The notes beneath the pieces are model-generated. The model was not told the origin of the DNA and did no database searches. It worked only from the letters and a program-made list of their open reading frames with translations. A program made the translations under genes and the position numbers. A stretch of DNA of 23,737 bases from Candidatus Bruticola sp. (GTDB lineage: Bacteria; Vulcanimicrobiota; Xenobia; Xenobiales; Xenobiaceae), in contig JBJEGD010000039.1 in the NCBI GenBank assembly GCA_051874735.1, positions 1 through 23,737 on the forward strand, in the 5' to 3' direction. Below, piece by piece: positions 17,502 to 23,737 of this stretch. How positions within the stretch are numbered: position 1 is the first letter of the stretch; each line of letters opens with the position of its first letter.

Positions 17502-17978
17502 TTATTTACCAGCCTCCGTAACCTTAACAGTCTTTATCTTGACTGAACTCTTGCTATCAGCCTTCTGCTCATTGGCAGTAGCTAAGGCTATATCAGTCAG
17601 CCCCGCCTGGCGGGCTTCATGCATGGCTGTAATAACATGAAGATAGTCAGCTTTCTTATCGCCATTGATAATAACCCTATTAGTATGCTTTTCTTCTCCT
17701 AATTTCCTTAATAATGGCTGCAATTCTTTTTTTTGACATTCAACATTACCTATGTAAGTTGAGCCATCAGCAGAGATATCAATAACTATACTTATATTTT
17801 CCGCTTTTTCGCGAGTAATTACTTCAGGCAGCTCAATATTGTGAGAAGGAGCTGTAATTGATGTACCGGTTATCAAAAAGATAATCAGCAGCACCAGCAG
17901 CACATCAGTCAGAGGAGTGACATTTATATCACTAAACCCACTGCCGTGTTCTTCTTTATGTTTCCATTTTCCAACCAT
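17502..17978 (-). CDS. exbD: ExbD/TolR family protein (first copy)
   Basis: DINVTPLTDVLLVLLIIFLIT; IINGDKKADY..V...ARQAGLTDIALAT; AGGGAG RBS. Confidence 0.9.
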   Translation of the reverse strand: MVGKWKHKEEHGSGFSDINVTPLTDVLLVLLIIFLITGTSITAPSHNIELPEVITREKAENISIVIDISADGSTYIGNVECQKKELQPLLRKLGEEKHTNRVIINGDKKADYLHVITAMHEARQAGLTDIALATANEQKADSKSSVKIKTVKVTEAGK

Positions 17979-18043
17979 AAAACTGAGCTCCCTATACGTA
18001 AGGACAACAATTTATTAAGAAGGGGCTGATCTGGCATCGCCAC

Positions 18044-18697
18044 TTAATCGAGCAAATCTTCGGGGAACTCTTTGCCTTGACGCATAAGTTCGAGCATTTC
18101 AGAAAGACGAGCAGCAGCTCCGTTCATATCAGCCACCACATTACTGACACGGGCTCTGAAGTAATTGAAAAAAACTACAGCCGTAATAGCTACAAATAAT
18201 CCAGTTGCCGTGGCAACCAAAGCTTCAGCCACACCGGCAGACACTACTGCAACACCAGCTTGTCCTTTAGCCGCTACGGAATCGAAAGTATTCATAATAC
18301 CCACTACGGTTCCAAACAGTCCGATAAAAGGAGCAATTACTGCGATAGTGCTAATAATGGGCAAGTTGCTTTCTAGCTTCAGCCTTTCCCTAGCAATAGC
18401 AGTTTCCATAGCTGCATCACTCATTTCTTGGCTAAGATGCGCTCTAGCCAAACCAGCCTCAAATACTCGGGGCAGCATACCGCCAATTCCTTGTACGAAC
18501 GTATAGGCCTCTTTTACTCCACTGGAGCGGAGAGTTTCACAAACAAAGTGATGGAGCCAAGCAGAATTGATAATATTCTGTTTATACGTATAAAGGCGTT
18601 CTATAACAACAGTAACTACAACAATTGAGCAGACTAACAGCAGTACTAGAGTTCCTAGACCGACAGCGGAAGTCTCATTTAAAAAATTCAAATTCAT
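18044..18697 (-). CDS. exbB: MotA/TolQ/ExbB proton channel protein
   Basis: TIAVIAPFIGLFGTVVGIM...GVAEALVATATGLFVAI, three TM helices. ExbB versus TolQ cannot be resolved by eye. Confidence 0.88.
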   Translation of the reverse strand: MNLNFLNETSAVGLGTLVLLLVCSIVVVTVVIERLYTYKQNIINSAWLHHFVCETLRSSGVKEAYTFVQGIGGMLPRVFEAGLARAHLSQEMSDAAMETAIARERLKLESNLPIISTIAVIAPFIGLFGTVVGIMNTFDSVAAKGQAGVAVVSAGVAEALVATATGLFVAITAVVFFNYFRARVSNVVADMNGAAARLSEMLELMRQGKEFPEDLLD

Positions 18698-18811
18698 AAA
18701 ATGATATTGTCGAGTCAGTTTTTGAATATCCTGCCTTTTTAAGCAATATTTGATTATATAAAACTAGATATAAATGAGATTTTATCTACCTGTCCTAAGC
18801 TTAATAGTCTT

Positions 18812-18840
18812 CTGTCAACAGGCGCAGGAAATTATATAAT
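18812..18840 (+). promoter_or_regulatory. Putative promoter of the fakA-fakB pair
   Basis: CTGTCA-17 nt-TATAAT. Confidence 0.5.
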
Positions 18841-18889
18841 AAAGAAAAATGAACCCCATCCCCGGATCAAACAGAGTGGAGTACCAGCC

Positions 18890-20626
18890 TTGAAAGATAT
18901 TTTAGATGGTAAACTTCTTAAAAAGTTATTTTTAGGTGGGGGACGCTGGCTGACTCTGCATAAACAACTGCTTAACGAGATAAACATATTTCCAGTACCA
19001 GATCGTGATACCGGCTTCAATATGTCTTTTACAGCACGCGGAGCGGTAAAATTTCTGAGCGGACAAGCCCCTGCTTCACTCGCTTTAACTGCCCAAAGAG
19101 CAGCTCGTGGCGCTATAATGGAAGCCCACGGAAATTCAGGGGTAATATTTTCACAAATTTTGCACGGTTTTGCCTGCGGTTTAGAAGATAAAATTACCGC
19201 TACTCCTTCAGAATTATCTGCAGCTTTTAGTTTAGCTTCTGAAACAGCTTATAATTCTCTGCAAACCCCCTGGGAAGGAACTATTTTAAGTTTTATTAGA
19301 CTTATCAGCCGAGAATCGGAATTACTCTGCCAAGAAAATTCTCACATAAACTTAGTAGAATTTTTAGTTCGGCTAACTGAAAAAGGACGCTTATTCTTTA
19401 CCAGCCAGCCTAGTCCAACAGTTCCTGAAGTACTATATACAACTGGAATAGTCGACGCCGGAGCTTTAGGACTTTACTGTTTTTTTGAAGGTATGAGCCT
19501 AGTAGCTCAAGGGCGCCCGCTGCGCATTAATAATGCGGATTGCGATTGGTATAACCGTATAGGCCTCCTTCCCTCTACAGCCAGTTTTAAACTAGCAACA
19601 AAAGTTTCCCCTCTGTTATTTAAATACTGCAGCGAGTTTACGCTTACAGATAGCAGTTGCCCTAGTAAAGCCGTTTTAGAACGAGAATTAGCGAAATTAG
19701 GCAATTCTGTGATTATATCTTCAGGACAGAATTTATTAAAAATTCACCTGCACACTAATACCCCTAATTTAGTAGAAAAATTATTGACCAACTACGGCAA
19801 AATTATCAGTAAAAAAACTGATAATTTAGATGAGCAATGTTCCGATCGGCTATTCAATATGACGCAAACTAGTCTTGCGGCAGTCTCTCCTGGCCTAAAG
19901 GAAGAAAAATTTTCCATGATCAGCCAACCTATATCCTCACAAAGAGAAAAACTGCAACTACAGACCGCGTTTGTCTGTCCCTGGGGAGATGGCTTTGACG
20001 AATATTTTCAGGACGGATGGGGGTTCGTTGTATTACCTTTTAACCAAAATGATGATCCGCCTAACTGGCAGCTGTTAAAAAAAACTTATCTATGGGCAGA
20101 TACAAACCAAAATAGTTTAAGACCTACCTTATTTGCCAACCCCAATTTTTTTATTAAGCCAAGTAATCGAGCAATTTTAACCTCATCTCCAGCAATTTGG
20201 AGCCAAAATTGTCCAGATTGGCTACAATTATGTAAAGTACAAAACCCCATACAACTTTTAGCCCTACTTACTTCAAAGAATTTTAACGGTTGCTTTAACA
20301 ACTTATCAAACCTCATTTGGGGAGATATAAGCAAAAGCAGCAATTTAAGTAATGAAGCAAAATTTGAAGGTAATCCAATTTTAATTGTTAAAAAAAATGG
20401 GGACTGCCTCGGCCGAACTAACTGCCTCAGTGAGGCTATTGAGCTTTTTATAGAATCTCTTCCCAGCCCTCCTGGCCAGCGCCTCCTCTTGGCCGCAGGA
20501 CTTGAATGCACAACCGATGCAGCCGAAGAGGCTATAGAAGAATTAATGGGGAATTGGCCCCAGTTGCTAATTCAGCTTTTTTACGGCGGTCAGCCTGATT
20601 CTGAAATGTTAGTTTACGCGGAGTGA
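18890..20626 (+). CDS. DAK2-domain fatty acid kinase catalytic subunit FakA-like (YloV family), divergent
   Basis: INIFPVPDRDTGFNM, GNSGVIFSQ, EGTIL, VDAG, YCSEF, KIHLHT and a terminal GGQP. TTG start with GGAG RBS; adjacent DegV gene. Confidence 0.85.
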   Translation: MKDILDGKLLKKLFLGGGRWLTLHKQLLNEINIFPVPDRDTGFNMSFTARGAVKFLSGQAPASLALTAQRAARGAIMEAHGNSGVIFSQILHGFACGLEDKITATPSELSAAFSLASETAYNSLQTPWEGTILSFIRLISRESELLCQENSHINLVEFLVRLTEKGRLFFTSQPSPTVPEVLYTTGIVDAGALGLYCFFEGMSLVAQGRPLRINNADCDWYNRIGLLPSTASFKLATKVSPLLFKYCSEFTLTDSSCPSKAVLERELAKLGNSVIISSGQNLLKIHLHTNTPNLVEKLLTNYGKIISKKTDNLDEQCSDRLFNMTQTSLAAVSPGLKEEKFSMISQPISSQREKLQLQTAFVCPWGDGFDEYFQDGWGFVVLPFNQNDDPPNWQLLKKTYLWADTNQNSLRPTLFANPNFFIKPSNRAILTSSPAIWSQNCPDWLQLCKVQNPIQLLALLTSKNFNGCFNNLSNLIWGDISKSSNLSNEAKFEGNPILIVKKNGDCLGRTNCLSEAIELFIESLPSPPGQRLLLAAGLECTTDAAEEAIEELMGNWPQLLIQLFYGGQPDSEMLVYAE

Positions 20627-20639
20627 ATTATTTTATATT

Positions 20640-21530
20640 ATGCGAATTGTCACCGATTCAACCTGCGACTTAAACTGTAAACTGCTGGCTAATCTAAAAG
20701 CCTCAGCTGTACCTTTGCTAATTCATGTCTACGGCCGAAGCTATTTAGACGGGCAAAATATAACTCCTGAAATTTTGTCTGGACTTCTGCTGAAGAAAAA
20801 CGACGACTCTCCAGATATATCTACAGCTCATCCCTCTCCCCAAGATTTTATAAATATATATAAAGCGTATCCGAATGAGGAGATTATCTCCATTCACCCT
20901 TCGCCGTTTTTATCAGGATCTTATAATGCCGCCCGTCAAGCTCAAAAATGTATCGATCCTGAAAATCGGCGCATAAAAGTTGTCAATTCCAACAGTATAA
21001 GTGTCGGTCTAGGCTGTTCAATTATAGAGACAGCCGATTTTATTAATCAAAACCCAACTGCCAGTATTAATGAAATAGTTTCGTATGTGGATTCTTTATC
21101 CAACAGAACCCATTTGTTCTTCACCGTACCCAGCTTGCAATATCTGATCAGAGGAGGGAGACTTCGGGCCCCTAGGCAGAAGCTAAGCCGCTTAATGAAG
21201 GCTTACCACATTTTTAGCTACAGCGGCGAAACCTCCATTTCCCCTGTGGCCAGATCCTTCGACTTGGAACGCGCCCTCCAAGAGATTATTCAAAAAATAC
21301 AAATTGAAAGCGAAAAACACCACATCCACAGAATTTTAGTAGCTTACAGCCGCAAACTGCGCGCAGACGATAACGATCCTAAGTTCAATATCGATGCTGC
21401 AGTATCTGCCCTTTGTATGGAATTGAGCAAGCTGAATTTGCGCGTTCCCGTTTTTCAAACGGAGACTGGATGTGCCATTAATATACATTGCGGTTCCGGA
21501 GCTGTGGGAGTAGCCTATTTAACTGACTAA
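20640..21530 (+). CDS. DegV/FakB fatty-acid-binding protein
   Basis: MRIVTDSTCDL, STAHPSP, LSGSYNAA, YLIRGGR, IHCGSGAVG motifs. Confidence 0.9.
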   Translation: MRIVTDSTCDLNCKLLANLKASAVPLLIHVYGRSYLDGQNITPEILSGLLLKKNDDSPDISTAHPSPQDFINIYKAYPNEEIISIHPSPFLSGSYNAARQAQKCIDPENRRIKVVNSNSISVGLGCSIIETADFINQNPTASINEIVSYVDSLSNRTHLFFTVPSLQYLIRGGRLRAPRQKLSRLMKAYHIFSYSGETSISPVARSFDLERALQEIIQKIQIESEKHHIHRILVAYSRKLRADDNDPKFNIDAAVSALCMELSKLNLRVPVFQTETGCAINIHCGSGAVGVAYLTD

Positions 21531-21537
21531 AAACAAA

Positions 21538-21583
21538 AGGGGCTGATTGGCCTAAAGAATAACTTTGTAGCCAATCAGCCCCT
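21538..21583 (-). terminator. Intrinsic terminator between convergent degV and ade
   Basis: 14-bp arms AGGGGCTGATTGGC / GCCAATCAGCCCCT, followed by TTTGTTTTT on the minus strand. Confidence 0.85.
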
Positions 21584-21673
21584 CTGTAAGGTTGTAATAA
21601 GAAAAACTCCAATCTTAAGGCTGCCACTTTCCTGAATGATTGGATCTCATAGTTACAAACGGTTTAGCCTCTA

Positions 21674-23458
21674 TCAAATTTTTTCGGCTAAATTGATAAT
21701 CTTAAATTGCTCAGTATCAATTAAACCGACGTCGCTCAGCTTCAGCTGAGGAATAACGGGCAGAGTCATAAAAGCTAAACTCATAAACGGCCGTTTAAGC
21801 TTTGACCCAAGTTTATCAGCCTCTTCATAAAGTTTACTGACAGCGGCACTAACTTCCCCAAGAGTTTTATCAGAAACTAAACCACAAACTGGCAAGGCGG
21901 ACGCTGCCTTAACCTCTCCACTGCCGACTACAATTAAACCGCCGCCCATTTTTTCTATTTCTTTAATACATAAGAGCATATCTTCATCATTATCACCCAC
22001 TACCACTAAATTGTGAGAGTCATGAGCCACCGTAGAAGCTATAGCTCCTCCTTTAATACCGAAACCGCGCACAAACCCTAAACCTAGGCTGCCCAAAGCG
22101 TGATGGCGCTCTAAAACGGCTACTTTAAGAATATCGTGTTCCGGATCAGCTTTTATTTCGCAGATCGACTCTCCTAGCCGCTTGCCAACTTCGGCTCTCA
22201 TGTTTAACTGTAGGTGCTCACTAACTATCAGACCAGCTTTAACTCCCATAACATGAACTTTGTACCGGCCTTCTTCAGGGACAACTACTTTTAATTTATC
22301 GACAGAAACAGGAGCCAAATTGACAGAATTGCGCGCCAAAGCTCTTAAAGGAATGCTAGGAAGATCTTGGAGACAGACTCCATTTTCAGCGACCAGAATT
22401 CCCTCCCGATAAACCTGCTTAACTGTAAAACCTTGAGAAAATTTTTCATCATTAGTTTCTAAAATAGCTAAATTAGCTCTATACCCAGGAGCAATCGCTC
22501 CAACATAAGGCAGATTAAAACAGCGGGCCGTTCCCCAAGAAGCCATAATAAAAGCGTAAGCAGGATCAACCCCTCGCTGAATAGCCTGACGGCAAAGGTA
22601 ATCTAAATGACCATCAGCTTTTAAATCTTCGGGTTCTCGATCATCAGTAACTAAAAGTAAACGCTCTAAAAGGTGATCCCCTCGGGTACCCTTTGCCAAA
22701 GGAATTAAGGCGTCTAAATCGCGAGCGACTGAGCCTTCACGAATCATAATGTGCATGCCCAAAGCTAATTTTTCTTCAGCTTCATCTAAAGTAGTACATT
22801 CGTGATCTGTGCCTATACCTGCAGCCACATAGGCCTGCAAATCGCCACTACTTAAGCCCGGAGCGTGACCATCAATGTGGGCTCCTTCTCCTAGAGCGGC
22901 AAGTTTAGATAACACTTCCTGGTCACTGCTAAGTACACCAGGATAATTCATCATTTCACCCAAACCGACCACATGCGGAGAATTTTTTACTTCAGCTATA
23001 TCAGCTGCACTTAAAGAAGCGCCTGCATGCTCCAAATTAGTAGCCGGCACACAAGAAGGTACACTGATATATATATCAAAAGGCAAAATATCTGCAGCCC
23101 GTTCTAAATAATGGATCGCCTCCATCCCAGCAACGTTAGCATACTCATGGGGATCGGCTACTACCCCTGTAGTGCCTTTAGGAAGAACTGCAGCAGCATA
23201 CTGATCGGGGGTCAGCATAGACGATTCTAAATGAACATGACCGTCTATAAAGCCAGGCACAACATATTTGCCGCTTATGTCTACAATTTTATGGGCTGGA
23301 TGGGAGCCGAATCCCACAATTATCCCTTGATGAACGGCGATATCCCCTTCGACAAACTCACGAGTAAAAACATTTAAGTATTTAGCTCCCCGCAGCAGCA
23401 AATCGCACGGAATCAGACCGCGGGCCGCTTGAATTATTGAAACCAAATTTTTCTTCAT
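21674..23458 (-). CDS. ade: Adenine deaminase (amidohydrolase, AdeC type)
   Basis: PGFIDGHVHLESSM, DPHE, PSCVPAT, GLGEMMNYPGV, DGHAP, DHEC, REGS, TDD, STVAHDSHN, LPVIP motifs. ATG 23458 (GAGG RBS) is preferred to GTG 23479. Confidence 0.96.
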   Translation of the reverse strand: MKKNLVSIIQAARGLIPCDLLLRGAKYLNVFTREFVEGDIAVHQGIIVGFGSHPAHKIVDISGKYVVPGFIDGHVHLESSMLTPDQYAAAVLPKGTTGVVADPHEYANVAGMEAIHYLERAADILPFDIYISVPSCVPATNLEHAGASLSAADIAEVKNSPHVVGLGEMMNYPGVLSSDQEVLSKLAALGEGAHIDGHAPGLSSGDLQAYVAAGIGTDHECTTLDEAEEKLALGMHIMIREGSVARDLDALIPLAKGTRGDHLLERLLLVTDDREPEDLKADGHLDYLCRQAIQRGVDPAYAFIMASWGTARCFNLPYVGAIAPGYRANLAILETNDEKFSQGFTVKQVYREGILVAENGVCLQDLPSIPLRALARNSVNLAPVSVDKLKVVVPEEGRYKVHVMGVKAGLIVSEHLQLNMRAEVGKRLGESICEIKADPEHDILKVAVLERHHALGSLGLGFVRGFGIKGGAIASTVAHDSHNLVVVGDNDEDMLLCIKEIEKMGGGLIVVGSGEVKAASALPVCGLVSDKTLGEVSAAVSKLYEEADKLGSKLKRPFMSLAFMTLPVIPQLKLSDVGLIDTEQFKIINLAEKI

Positions 23459-23637
23459 GCAAAAAACCTCAAGTCGCACATATCGGCAGCCCTACCCGTT
23501 TTTGTTAGTAGCAACCGGTGCAAATTAGCCTTACATAAATAAAGGACTCAGGTAAGTCCATTTTGTTTTTTCTTCCTTCCGCTCCTATTGAAAACAATTT
23601 TCTATAGACGAATCTTTTTTAAATATTAGTTATCCCC

Positions 23638-23666
23638 TTGCATTAAAGCTAAAGAACTGCTATTAT
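23638..23666 (+). promoter_or_regulatory. Putative promoter of the tRNA
   Basis: TTGCAT-17 nt-TATTAT with a TG extended -10, about 50 nt upstream of the tRNA start. Confidence 0.6.
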
Positions 23667-23714
23667 CCTTAGGCGCCAGGGAGAGCTTCTTTCCTGTAGT
23701 AGATAACTTTATAT

Positions 23715-23737
23715 CGGGGTGTAGCTCAGCTTGGATA
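23715..23737 (+). tRNA. 5' fragment of a tRNA, probably tRNA-Pro (anticodon outside the window)
   Basis: CGGGGTG-TA-GCTC-AGCTTGGATA gives a 7-nt acceptor strand, U8A9 and a D-arm with GG. A 5' CGG is typical of bacterial tRNA-Pro, but identity is tentative. Confidence 0.75.

Noticed and set aside
18020-18035. AAGGGGCTGAT(C)TGGC resembling the terminator arm at 21537-21551, a possible dispersed repeat
   Set aside because: Only an 11-bp exact match, two copies, and no complementary arm at 18020; compatible with chance.
10070-20511. Other short overlapping ORFs (10070, 12145, 13065, 13482, 13522, 14073, 15022, 16201, 16738, 17109, 18165, 18428, 18832, 19507, 20086) and 10712-10906
   Set aside because: Shadow frames of real genes or chance ORFs in a promoter region, with no family features.
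23459-23640. Purine riboswitch upstream of adenine deaminase
   Set aside because: The conserved core (TATAA...ATATGG...GTTTCTACC...CCGTAAA) is not present.
1-23737. CRISPR array, IS/transposase, integrase or prophage genes
   Set aside because: No regularly spaced repeats and no recombinase, transposase or phage motifs in any ORF or intergenic region.

Overview
Bacterial chromosomal window with two parts. Left (1-7.6 kb, all minus strand): an intact-looking type I restriction-modification operon (unusually long 925-aa hsdM, hsdS, hsdR), followed 42 bp later by an ADP-ribosylglycohydrolase gene that runs off the left edge and is missing from the ORF track. The block sits just downstream of a complete tmRNA gene (ssrA, 8001-8357, minus strand; tag AEDNLALAA), with no integrase or att duplication visible. 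Right (8.4-23.7 kb): housekeeping and envelope genes, namely DUF4013 and FUN14-family membrane proteins, a basic exported hypothetical, M17 leucyl aminopeptidase, a secreted beta-propeller-like protein, an LCP+LytR_C protein, rsmA, an exbB-exbD-exbD motor operon without tonB, a divergent fakA (DAK2)-fakB (DegV) pair, adenine deaminase, and the first 23 nt of a tRNA. No CRISPR array or IS element was seen. The best leads for new biology are the RM + ADP-ribosylglycohydrolase linkage, the ~400-aa HsdM extension, the orphan 1 ExbB : 2 ExbD motor and the co-diverged FakAB. All family calls come from motif recognition by eye, not database searches.
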